This document shows positions 46,817 to 55,600 of a stretch of DNA of 64,000 bases, one piece after another. Source of the DNA: a virus (lineage: Duplodnaviria; Caudoviricetes); the IMG/VR virus record IMGVR_UViG_2890449678_000009, positions 1-64,000 of that record. One strand, given 5' to 3'. A model generated the notes under the pieces. The model searched no databases and had not been told where the DNA came from. It saw only the letters and a list, made by a program, of their open reading frames with translations. Positions within the stretch are counted from its first letter, which is position 1; every line of letters starts with the position of its first letter. A program made the translations under genes and the position numbers.

Positions 46817-47317
46817 ATGACACGACGTTCCTTCTTTTCCACCATTGCTGTCGCGCCCAATGCTGATGGGCGTGCTGACTTGGTCATTACCCCCACCGGC
46901 GGTGGCGGGGGGCGCGTGTCATTTGACACAACGCTTTCCTCCCCTTTGCTGATCGCTCTTTCTGCTGATCGGCGGGCGGCGCCTGATGATGTGGTGCCGC
47001 CTTTGCTGACCGCCCCGACAGGCACCGCAACACCCTTTGGGGCGAAACGTGGCTGGGTGGGTGATGTTCTACTCACCGATGGGCAACGGCTCGGCTCCAA
47101 GCTTTGGCTGCTTGAGCGAGCCAAGCGCTCCGAGGCCACACGGTTGGATGCTGAAGATTACGCCCATGAGGCCGTCGCTGCCATTGGCGCTTATCACAAC
47201 ATTGATCTGTCCGTTGAAGCAACGTGGCAGCCCGCCACGGCTGGCATAGTGCGAGCGCTGACCGTGCGGGTTTCTGCTGGGGAAAGTTCGGCTTTTAGAA
47301 AGGTGCCGACGCTATGA
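46817..47317 (+). CDS. Mu gp46 (V)-like baseplate protein
   Basis: DRRA, RGW.GD, GSKLWLL.R.K, AE.YA.EA. Confidence 0.9.
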   Translation: MTRRSFFSTIAVAPNADGRADLVITPTGGGGGRVSFDTTLSSPLLIALSADRRAAPDDVVPPLLTAPTGTATPFGAKRGWVGDVLLTDGQRLGSKLWLLERAKRSEATRLDAEDYAHEAVAAIGAYHNIDLSVEATWQPATAGIVRALTVRVSAGESSAFRKVPTL

Positions 47318-48396
47318 GTCTGTCCATTCCGACACCGCAAGAGTTAGCGCAACGAATTGTCACGTCACTTGCCCAACAGAGCTTTACCGCCAGCGATGGT
47401 TCAATCGTTCGGCTCGATGCCACAGCACCGGGCACGTTTGAACAAGTGCTTTCTGTGGTTTTAGCGTTGGGAGATTATGAGACTTATCTCTTCCTTCAAG
47501 GCCGCGCGCTGGAATTTCTGCCCTCAACGGCGACTGTCGGCAATGGGGGGCTCCTCCCTGTTCATGCCGATATCTGGGGCGTGCCGCGCATTGGCCCGCA
47601 AGCTTCTGTTGGACGTGTGGTGGTTAGTGCCACGCAAGACGTCACGATACCGCAAGGGGCATTGCTGACCGTTGATGGCTCAGTTCAATGGGCGCTCAAT
47701 GAGGCTGCAACGGTCTCGGCCAATGGGTCGGCCTCTCTTGCTGTGACCTGCACCACGACAGGCACAGCGGGCAATCTGACAGCCAATACGCCGCTCAGTT
47801 TTGTGTCTCCCATCGCGGGCATCAGCAGCGTTGGTGTCGATCAAGACGGGCTGGCTGGAGGGGCTGACAGTGAACCCGTGGAAAGCTGGCGGTCACGTAT
47901 CATTGATAAAATCCGCAACCCTTATAATGGCGGCACCGCACAGGATTATCGCACTTGGGCGTTGGCTGCTGGGGTAGCGTTGGTTCATGTCGTGCCCTCC
48001 TACACGGGGGCTGGCACTGTGGGTGTGATTGTGGCTATGAGCGGCCCGCGTGTGCCGACCTCTGAAGAGCTCGCGCGTGTTCAAGCCTATATCGACGAGC
48101 GCCGCCCCATTCGTGGCAATGCCACCGTCTATGGCGCGACTTTTATACCACAAACCCCCATTGTGCGGCTTGGTTTGGATAATCAGCCCAACCGGCAAAA
48201 GGTGCAGGCCGCTTTGGCGGCCATCATCGACGGGGTGGGCATTGGCGGCACCTTATATGTCGAAGCGCTCCAAGCCGCCCTCTTTGACACGGTGGGGGCG
48301 CAATCTCAGCTGCTGAACCCCGGTGCTGACATCACGTTCGCCGCCAATGAGATGCCCGTCATAGACGCGGTTCAATGGGTGGAGAAAACGCCATGA
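47314..48396 (+). CDS. Baseplate J-like wedge protein (Mu gp47)
   Basis: G.AGN, GGADSE..E..R.R, GG...DY..WA, G.GTV. Confidence 0.92.
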   Translation: MSLSIPTPQELAQRIVTSLAQQSFTASDGSIVRLDATAPGTFEQVLSVVLALGDYETYLFLQGRALEFLPSTATVGNGGLLPVHADIWGVPRIGPQASVGRVVVSATQDVTIPQGALLTVDGSVQWALNEAATVSANGSASLAVTCTTTGTAGNLTANTPLSFVSPIAGISSVGVDQDGLAGGADSEPVESWRSRIIDKIRNPYNGGTAQDYRTWALAAGVALVHVVPSYTGAGTVGVIVAMSGPRVPTSEELARVQAYIDERRPIRGNATVYGATFIPQTPIVRLGLDNQPNRQKVQAALAAIIDGVGIGGTLYVEALQAALFDTVGAQSQLLNPGADITFAANEMPVIDAVQWVEKTP

Positions 48397-49022
48397 GTGC
48401 GCTCAACGCCCCACGGTCAGCTTCTGAAATTGCCCGCCAATGGCGCGAAGAACTCATGCCAAACGGCTCGGCACTCGGCGGGCCGAATATGAGCGCCCTC
48501 ATGGCCGCTCTGGCTGGCCCGCGTGACGTGCTGGAAGGCGACATTGCCTCTGTCTGTCGTGAAATATGCCCCGCTGACGCGCACACTCTCTTGGCTGATT
48601 ACCGCGACCTCTTAGGGCCTGACCCGTTCGGACGCGACACGGGCACCTTAAGCGATACTGAATGGCGCACAATCCTACAGCAACGCTGGACGGCGCGAGG
48701 CGATCAACGGCCCGCTTTCTATATCGCGCTGGCCAAAAGCTGGGGCATCGATATTACCATTGAAGAGCCCGATGCGCCCATTTGTGGCGTGACGACCTGC
48801 GGCACGCAAGCCTGCGGGGATGAGGCGTTGCGGTTTATGTGGATTGTCCATCTCCCCTCCGGCATCACGCAGGCGATCTGTGGAGCGGTTCAATCGGGGC
48901 GGGCGCAATGCAAGCAAAATGACAGCAATGTCTATGCCCATCTTCAAGCCGTATTTCGGCAGCTCAAGCCCGCAGATACCGAGGTGTATTTCATTCATAA
49001 AGGAGACTGGATTGATGGCTAA
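48393..49022 (+). CDS. Mu gp48 / YmfQ (DUF2313)-like baseplate protein
   Basis: L.P.G.A, E..P..A..LL.DY...LG.D, FYI.LA...G..I.I.E, KPADT. Confidence 0.88.
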   Translation: MSALNAPRSASEIARQWREELMPNGSALGGPNMSALMAALAGPRDVLEGDIASVCREICPADAHTLLADYRDLLGPDPFGRDTGTLSDTEWRTILQQRWTARGDQRPAFYIALAKSWGIDITIEEPDAPICGVTTCGTQACGDEALRFMWIVHLPSGITQAICGAVQSGRAQCKQNDSNVYAHLQAVFRQLKPADTEVYFIHKGDWIDG

Positions 49023-52000
49023 TCCGCAATGGCCGAGCTTCCCCGGCGTGCCGAATATGACAACGGATGCGGACGGACGCCCGCAGCCACAAGACCTCAT
49101 TCCCGGTAAGCAGCTCGGCACGCCGCTGGATGCCGCATTTATCGGGCGTATTATTCGCGCTTTGTGCGACTTACGTGACGCGATTGATGACGACGAGGGA
49201 AATAAAGTGAACCGCTCAGGCGACACGATGTCGGGCGATTTGACGATCAGTGGCGCGGCATCGTGGGCGAACACATTATTCGGCGGAAAATGCGTCAGTG
49301 TTGTCGCTGGTCAAAAGTCTAACAGCTACCTGCAAACGCAGATCGTCAACGGCAACACCGTTGCGGTCATTGGGGTGCAAGACAATGACGGGGCGTGGCA
49401 TAATTGGAGCTTTAACGCCGTTGATGGAACAGCTACGACGCCAAGCGGAAAAATCCTCGCAACTACGGACGCTATCGCCACTGAGACACAACGTGCGGAG
49501 AATGCCGAGGCGGCATTGTTGCCCCTCTCTGGCGGCACGATAACGGGGGCACTTTATTCAGGTGGAATGTTCCAGCAAGGCGATCTGGAACTGACGCAGC
49601 CTATCGGAGCGGCTTTAGCGGACGAACAGTTCTTTCTTCAGCTTGTGAACGATACCAAATCCAGCACAACATGGGGACGGCTTGTCCTGCGCGATGGTAG
49701 TGGGAATTTCCATGTGCCCATCCAAGTCGACAACCATGACAAGACGACTATCAATGGGACATTGAACGTCACAGGACAGGCCGGGTTTCAAAGCTCCGTA
49801 TTGTCTCAAGGCACGTTCCAGCAGGGCGATCTTCAAATGACGATGCCTATTGGCGCTGGCTTTTGGGACATGCAGTTCTTCCTCCAGCTTGCCAATAATG
49901 CCAAAACAAGCACGACCTACGGGCGGCTTGTTTTGAAAGACAATGGCGGCAATTACTTCGTCGCGCTTCAAATCGACAATCATGGGCATGTTACGGACGC
50001 GCAAGGGCGCGACTTCCTCACCAAACCTGAAGCGCAGGCCGCTTATTTGCCGCTGTCAGGTGGGAACCTCACGGGGGCGCTTTATTCAACAGGCACATTC
50101 CAACAGGGAAGCCTTGAGCTGACCCAGCCGGTCGGAGCGGCTTTAGCGGACGAACAGTTCTTCCTTCAACTCGTCAATGAAACGAAAAACGGAACAACCT
50201 GGGGACGGCTTGTCCTGCGTGATGGTGGTGGAAATTTCCATGTGCCCATCCAAGTCGATAACCATGACAATACGACCGTCAATGGGACGTTGAACGTCAC
50301 AGGACAGGCCGGGTTTCAAAGCTCTGTCTTGTCCCAAGGCACGTTCCAGCAAGGCGATCTGCAAATGACGATGCCTATTGGCGCTGGCTTTTGGGACATG
50401 CAGTTCTTCCTCCAGCTTGCCAATAATGCCAAAACGGGCACCACCACCGGGCGTCTTGTTTTAAAAGACAATGGCGGCAATTACTTCGTCGCGCTTCAAA
50501 TCGACAATCATGGGCATGTTACGGACGCGCAAGGGCGCGACTTCCTCACCAAACCTGAAGCGCAGGCCGCTTATTTGCCGCTGTCAGGTGGGAACCTCAC
50601 GGGGGCGCTTTATTCAACAGGCACATTCCAACAGGGAAGCCTTGAGCTGACCCAGCCGGTCGGAGCGGCTTTAGCGGACGAACAGTTCTTCCTTCAACTC
50701 GTCAATGAAACGAAAAACGGAACAACCTGGGGACGGCTTGTCCTGCGTGATGGTGGTGGAAATTTCCATGTGCCCATCCAAGTCGATAACCATGACAATA
50801 CGACCGTCAATGGGACGTTGAACGTCACAGGACAGGCCGGGTTTCAAAGCTCTGTCTTGTCCCAAGGCACGTTCCAGCAAGGCGATCTGCAAATGACGAT
50901 GCCTATTGGCGCTGGCTTTTGGGACATGCAGTTCTTCCTCCAGCTTGCCAATAATGCCAAAACGGGCACCACCACCGGGCGTCTTGTTTTAAAAGACAAT
51001 GGCGGCAATTACTTCGTCGCGCTTCAAATCGACAATCATGGGCATGTTACGGACGCGCAAGGGCGCGACTTCCTCACCAAACCTGAAGCGCAGGCCGCTT
51101 ATTTGCCGCTGTCAGGTGGGAACCTCACGGGGGCGCTTTATTCAACAGGCACATTCCAACAGGGAAGCCTTGAGCTGACCCAGCCGGTCGGAGCGGCTTT
51201 AGCGGACGAACAGTTCTTCCTTCAACTCGTCAATGAAACGAAAAACGGAACAACCTGGGGACGGCTTGTCCTGCGTGATGGTGGTGGAAATTTCCATGTG
51301 CCCATCCAAGTCGATAACCATGACAATACGACCGTCAATGGGACGTTGAACGTCACAGGACAGGCCGGGTTTCAAAGCTCTGTCTTGTCCCAAGGCACGT
51401 TCCAGCAAGGCGATCTGCAAATGACGATGCCTATTGGCGCTGGCTTTTGGGACATGCAGTTCTTCCTCCAGCTTGCCAATAATGCCAAAACGGGCACCAC
51501 CACCGGGCGTCTTGTTTTAAAAGACAATGGCGGCAATTACTTCGTCGCGCTTCAAATCGACAATCATGGGCATGTTACGGACGCGCAAGGGCGCGACTTC
51601 CTCACCAAACCTGAAGCGCAGGCCGCTTATTTGCCGCTGTCAGGTGGGAACCTCACGGGGGGGCTCACCATAACGGAGGCCAATAACTGGGGCTTTGGAC
51701 GTGGTGGCGGCCTGTCATCGCTGGCGATGGGCGATGGTCCCGAACGTTTCTATCAGCAAGTCTATCGTCCCAAGGGCGGCTTAACTCAAGGCGTTCTCGG
51801 CGTTGCGGATGAAACAGGCGACCGGCAATGGAAGCTGCAAGCTAATGGCGCGATTGTGACACCCTCTGGCAATACCCTACCTGAAGTGCGCGGGGTTCCG
51901 GGGCGCGTTGTCACACAATATTTCCGTATCACGAACCTTGCCAATGTGAACTACATTCCGTTTCCTGTGGCGTTTGCAGCATCTGACCCGGTGAATGAAA

Positions 52001-52179
52001 TATTCATCACCTATGGATACGGATATAACAGTAACGGAGGGATGGGTGAGAGTTCTGTTCTTTACATCTACAAACAAAAAACAACCAATAGCGGCTTTTG
52101 GATTGATCGGAGCGCAAGTGGCTTTCAAGACGCCGCTTTTGACGTGGCGGTCACTGGGCCTATGGGAGCACCAGCATGA
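49015..52179 (+). CDS. Long tail fibre with four tandem 176-aa units
   Basis: Follows gp48; K..GDTMSGDL and YLPLSGG.LTG.L fibre motifs; C-terminal FPVAF domain; start reassigned to ATG 49015. Confidence 0.9.
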   Translation: MANPQWPSFPGVPNMTTDADGRPQPQDLIPGKQLGTPLDAAFIGRIIRALCDLRDAIDDDEGNKVNRSGDTMSGDLTISGAASWANTLFGGKCVSVVAGQKSNSYLQTQIVNGNTVAVIGVQDNDGAWHNWSFNAVDGTATTPSGKILATTDAIATETQRAENAEAALLPLSGGTITGALYSGGMFQQGDLELTQPIGAALADEQFFLQLVNDTKSSTTWGRLVLRDGSGNFHVPIQVDNHDKTTINGTLNVTGQAGFQSSVLSQGTFQQGDLQMTMPIGAGFWDMQFFLQLANNAKTSTTYGRLVLKDNGGNYFVALQIDNHGHVTDAQGRDFLTKPEAQAAYLPLSGGNLTGALYSTGTFQQGSLELTQPVGAALADEQFFLQLVNETKNGTTWGRLVLRDGGGNFHVPIQVDNHDNTTVNGTLNVTGQAGFQSSVLSQGTFQQGDLQMTMPIGAGFWDMQFFLQLANNAKTGTTTGRLVLKDNGGNYFVALQIDNHGHVTDAQGRDFLTKPEAQAAYLPLSGGNLTGALYSTGTFQQGSLELTQPVGAALADEQFFLQLVNETKNGTTWGRLVLRDGGGNFHVPIQVDNHDNTTVNGTLNVTGQAGFQSSVLSQGTFQQGDLQMTMPIGAGFWDMQFFLQLANNAKTGTTTGRLVLKDNGGNYFVALQIDNHGHVTDAQGRDFLTKPEAQAAYLPLSGGNLTGALYSTGTFQQGSLELTQPVGAALADEQFFLQLVNETKNGTTWGRLVLRDGGGNFHVPIQVDNHDNTTVNGTLNVTGQAGFQSSVLSQGTFQQGDLQMTMPIGAGFWDMQFFLQLANNAKTGTTTGRLVLKDNGGNYFVALQIDNHGHVTDAQGRDFLTKPEAQAAYLPLSGGNLTGGLTITEANNWGFGRGGGLSSLAMGDGPERFYQQVYRPKGGLTQGVLGVADETGDRQWKLQANGAIVTPSGNTLPEVRGVPGRVVTQYFRITNLANVNYIPFPVAFAASDPVNEIFITYGYGYNSNGGMGESSVLYIYKQKTTNSGFWIDRSASGFQDAAFDVAVTGPMGAPA
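49513..51660 (+). repeat. Tandem 528-bp repeat, four copies plus a 36-bp partial
   Basis: GCTTATTTGCCGCTGTCAGG at 50041, 50569, 51097, 51625; identical antisense ORFs at 528-bp spacing; first unit diverged. Confidence 0.95.
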
Positions 52180-52610
52180 CAAATGACGCAGAAAACAAGC
52201 AGAACGAACAGGCGCAAACTCAAGCTCAAAACGCTGTGTTTGGGTATTATGGCTATGTTAATCCCACAACGAAGATTGTTGGGCCGCTCATGTCGTTCTT
52301 TGGCAAGCCTAACGATATGACGCATTTTGTCGCGCTTACCAAAGAGCAATATGACTATTGGTATGGCCGCCATTGCCGTGTTGGTTCAGATGGGGCGCTG
52401 GAAGAATACATACCACCAGCACCCCCTCTGAAACCGCAAGCTCAAGAGGCCATGCAGAAGGTGCAGCAGCAAGCGAGTATGGTTTCGGCTATGGGAGAGG
52501 TCTTTGGGCCTAAAATGCGCGATTACGTGAAGGCGTTACGCGCCATTCTCGATGGCTCGGACACGACCAGCACGACACTGCCAGCCGCACCTGATGATGT
52601 GACAGCGTAA
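52176..52610 (+). CDS. Tail fibre assembly/chaperone-like protein
   Basis: Follows the fibre gene; C-terminal YVKALRAI...LP..P motif. Confidence 0.75.
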   Translation: MTNDAENKQNEQAQTQAQNAVFGYYGYVNPTTKIVGPLMSFFGKPNDMTHFVALTKEQYDYWYGRHCRVGSDGALEEYIPPAPPLKPQAQEAMQKVQQQASMVSAMGEVFGPKMRDYVKALRAILDGSDTTSTTLPAAPDDVTA

Positions 52611-52612
52611 CC

Positions 52613-53152
52613 ATGTTTAACCTGCTCGACCTCCTCAACATCGTCAAAGACTACGAAGGCGCCTTCATGACCATTGGCGGTGCCGTGCTGGGCTGGTGGG
52701 GGCAGATCGCCAAAAACCGCCTTCAGCGCCAGCGCAACGAGATTGACGCCAACAATCTAGAGAACGAGCAGCTCAAGCTGGCTCTCGAACGGGAGCGCTT
52801 CCTTACCGACAAGCTAAACCTCTGGGGCGCTAGTTATACGATGCTGTGGGAGCGGCTGTATGACCGTGAAAGTGTCATTAAAGACTACCACTCAGCCGCT
52901 TTATCTGCACAGCGAAGGGTTAACGAACTCGAAATACGTTTAGGCGCTTCTGTGACGATGTTTGAAGAGCTCCCAGAGTTCCCGCCTGAAGATCCCGCAC
53001 AATGGGCCGCCCAGTGCCCGCCATCCCCTCAAAACAGAGATGACCATCATGACAACACTGACCCTCACACGCCCCGCACATCCAGCAGCCCCTTGGGTGG
53101 GCGGCAAGCGCCTTCTCGCCAAGAAGATCATCGCTCTGCAAAAGAAGATTGA
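52613..53152 (+). CDS. Hypothetical protein (short hydrophobic N-terminus, coiled coil)
   Basis: Coding-like ORF between the fibre chaperone and the methylase remnant. Confidence 0.6.
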   Translation: MFNLLDLLNIVKDYEGAFMTIGGAVLGWWGQIAKNRLQRQRNEIDANNLENEQLKLALERERFLTDKLNLWGASYTMLWERLYDRESVIKDYHSAALSAQRRVNELEIRLGASVTMFEELPEFPPEDPAQWAAQCPPSPQNRDDHHDNTDPHTPRTSSSPLGGRQAPSRQEDHRSAKED

Positions 53153-53294
53153 CCATTGCTGTTACGTAGAGCCTTTCGTCGGCATGGGTGGCGTTTTCTT
53201 GCGACGGGGATGTCACAATAGCCATGGGGGCTCTGCCGGAGAGAATGTGCCTATGATTTCATTCGAGTTTGAGAAGCGTTTTATCAACGTGTGA
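53049..53294 (+). pseudogene. Truncated Dam/D12-class adenine methyltransferase
   Basis: PWVGGKR.LAK.I...H..YVEPFVGMGGVF (motifs X/I); similarity stops at ~53210 and there is no DPPY. Confidence 0.85.
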
Positions 53295-53330
53295 AAGCAG
53301 GTTGAAACGCGTTCAAATTAGGCTCGTTCC

Positions 53331-53378
53331 AGTGCTATCTATTTTGTCTCAAAGTGCGAAAAATTTTGTCGCGCTACA
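53331..53378 (-). repeat. Mu-like right end with two transposase sites
   Basis: Minus strand GACAAAATTTTTCGCACT (53353-53370) and GACAAAATAGATAGCACT (53331-53348); the latter is 16/18 identical to the left-end site. Confidence 0.8.
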
Positions 53379-53383
53379 CTAAG

Positions 53384-53743
53384 GCTGCCGGTCTCTCACG
53401 CCCTGGACTGTATGCCCGCCGCGAAAGAGATGCGGAATTCGCTCAAGAATGGGATGAGGCAATCAGCACGGCCATTGACACCCTTGAAGAAGAAGCGTGG
53501 CGGCGGGCGCGTGATGGTGTGCCTGAATATCTCGTGACGGGGAAAGGGCTCGTGCTGGATAAAGAAGGCAATCCCATCATGCAGAACCGCTATTCTGATA
53601 GCTTGCTAACAACGCTTCTGAAGGCTCATAGGCCTGAGCGGTATCGGGAACGCTCCACGGTGGAGATGAATGTTACGGGGAGCCTAGCGGAGCGTCTAGA
53701 TGAGGCCCGGAAGCGCGTGCAGACCCAGAGTGGGAAAGAATAA
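53384..53743 (+). pseudogene. Outer phage small terminase, 3' fragment (119 aa)
   Basis: Y..R..D.EFA..WDEA...D.LE.EA.RRA..G...YSD.LL..LLK..RPE.Y; upstream of terL. Confidence 0.88.
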
Positions 53744-53776
53744 AAAAGGGAGAGTGGGAATAGTTCCCCCTCTCCC
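53742..53776 (-). terminator. Minus-strand intrinsic terminator
   Basis: A6 followed by GGGAGAGTGGGAA-TAG-TTCCCCCTCTCCC hairpin. Confidence 0.65.
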
Positions 53777-53916
53777 GTAATAAGTACTTTATTTAACCCA
53801 GAAACGCACGTCTTGCCGTCAACTTTCGTGATGATCTTGCTCCACGCCAAGACGTGCATAATCGCTCCAGCGCGGACTGGAAGCGGAGAATAGCTTACAA
53901 AACCAAGAGAACGACC

Positions 53917-54117
53917 ATGACTAATTTATGGAGAAAAATACTTCAAATAGCATCAGCTATCGCGGTCTTGCTGTTTGTTATATTCTTTATGGATGGTATA
54001 CTCTTTTACGTTGCAAGTGTTTTTGGCCCCGTTTTTTTCGTCTGGATAATTGCAGAGGGCCTAGACTACTATAAACGTTGGAAGAAGAGACGTGAACGCT
54101 CAGGCAAAAACGCTTGA
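53917..54117 (+). CDS. 66-aa two-TM membrane protein with basic tail
   Basis: Hydrophobic core then KRWKKRRER; AT-rich; sits between terS and terL. Confidence 0.6.
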   Translation: MTNLWRKILQIASAIAVLLFVIFFMDGILFYVASVFGPVFFVWIIAEGLDYYKRWKKRRERSGKNA

Positions 54118-55600
54118 AGACCAGCTTGCCGACGAGATAAGCCGTTATTGCCTTGATCCGCTTGGTTTTGTGTTGTTTGCCTTCCCGTGGGGGCAAGAAG
54201 GAACAGACCTTGCCCAATCTAACGGACCGAGAGCGTGGCAGCGTGATATTCTGCGCTCAATCGGTGATAAGCTCCGTGCAGGGTATGAGCCTGATGCTGT
54301 CTTAATGCCTGCCCTGCAAGCGGTCGCTTCTGGGCATGGTGTCGGGAAGTCTGCCCTGGTGTCCATGCTGGTTGCATGGGCGTTGTGCACCTGCCCTGAT
54401 ACAAAGGCTGTCATTACCGCCAATACAGAGCCCCAGCTTCGCACAAAAACCTTTCCTGAGATTTCCAAATGGTTCCGGCTTCTCATTTGCGCCCATTGGT
54501 TCAAAGTGCACGGTATGAGCATTCACAGCACCGTTCCCGGTCACTCCAAGACATGGCGCGCTGATGCCGTCACATGGTCAGAGACGAACCTTGAAGCCTT
54601 CGCGGGGCTGCATAATGTCGGGCGGCGTATTCTGCTTATCTTTGATGAAGCCTCGGGTATTATTGATCGGGTCTGGGAAGTTGCTGAAGGAGCGCTGACT
54701 GACGAAGGCACTGAGATTGTCTGGTGTGCCTTTGGGAACCCGACGCAACCTTCAGGGCGTTTCTTTGAGTGCTTCAACCGTCAGCGCAACCGGTGGAGTG
54801 GTCAGCAGATTGACAGCCGGACCGTTGAGGGCACGAATAAAGCCCTGTTTGAGCAATGGGCTGAGGCTTACGGGGAAGACAGCGACTTTATGCGTGTCCG
54901 TGTGAAAGGGCAGTTTCCACGCTCTGGCTCTATGCAGTTTATTGGTTCAGATATCATCTCAGAGGCCTCAACGCGCGAGGTATCCGCCATCATCTCCGAT
55001 GCGCTCATTATCGGCGTTGATGTGGCCCGTTATGGCGATGATCAAAGCGTGATCTTCTTTCGTAAAGGCCGGGACGCCCGCATGATCCCCCCTATTCTGC
55101 TTCGTAAGGTTGATACCATGCAGCTTGCCGCGCGTGTTGCTGATGAAGCGCAACGCTACGGGGCGGATGCGGTCTTTATCGACGATGGAGGCGTTGGCGG
55201 CGGTGTGGTTGATCGCTGCCAGCAGATGCGCGTTCGTGGGGCGCGTGGCGTTCAGTTTGGCGGCAAATCCGACCGGGCCAACTACGCCACTAATGCCGAA
55301 CGCTATGCAAACAAACGCGCTGAAATGTGGGGCTCATTACGTGAATGGCTCAAGACCGGCGGCATCCCCGACAGCCAAGACCTTCAGACAGACCTTGCTG
55401 GGCCGTGGTATTTCTTCAATCCCCGCAATGAAATTCTCTTAGAGCGCAAGGAAGATATGAAGAAGCGCGGCCTTGCCTCTCCTGACATGGCCGACGCTCT
55501 CGCCCTTACTTTTGCGTATCCTGTGATGAACTCTCGCTTTTCTGGCGGTCCTTATGGAGCGGCTCGCCCGCAGGCGCAGGAGTATGATCCTTGGGAGTAG
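54092..55600 (+). CDS. Large terminase of the outer phage
   Basis: WQ, SGHGVGKS, FDEASG, FGNPT, GVDVARYGDD, SPD.ADAL. Confidence 0.95.
   Translation: MNAQAKTLEDQLADEISRYCLDPLGFVLFAFPWGQEGTDLAQSNGPRAWQRDILRSIGDKLRAGYEPDAVLMPALQAVASGHGVGKSALVSMLVAWALCTCPDTKAVITANTEPQLRTKTFPEISKWFRLLICAHWFKVHGMSIHSTVPGHSKTWRADAVTWSETNLEAFAGLHNVGRRILLIFDEASGIIDRVWEVAEGALTDEGTEIVWCAFGNPTQPSGRFFECFNRQRNRWSGQQIDSRTVEGTNKALFEQWAEAYGEDSDFMRVRVKGQFPRSGSMQFIGSDIISEASTREVSAIISDALIIGVDVARYGDDQSVIFFRKGRDARMIPPILLRKVDTMQLAARVADEAQRYGADAVFIDDGGVGGGVVDRCQQMRVRGARGVQFGGKSDRANYATNAERYANKRAEMWGSLREWLKTGGIPDSQDLQTDLAGPWYFFNPRNEILLERKEDMKKRGLASPDMADALALTFAYPVMNSRFSGGPYGAARPQAQEYDPWE

Larger units (their letters stand above)
13983..53378 (+). 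mobile_element. Complete Mu-like transposable prophage (39,396 bp, contractile tail)
   Basis: Begins TGTA, ends TACA; CTAAG duplicated at 13978-13982 and 53379-53383; repressor-ner-A-B...head-tail synteny. Confidence 0.97.

Noticed and set aside
49513-51660. DGR template/variable repeat pair
   Set aside because: No reverse transcriptase in the window. The repeats are tandem and in frame, and differences in unit 1 are not adenine-specific.
52176-53378. Invertible G-segment, gin or mom
   Set aside because: No serine invertase, inverted fibre cassette or Mom-like ORF seen.
53354-53743. Intact 129-aa gene as given in the ORF track
   Set aside because: The first 8 codons come from the Mu right end and the next two span the junction; the native N-terminus is at 13893.
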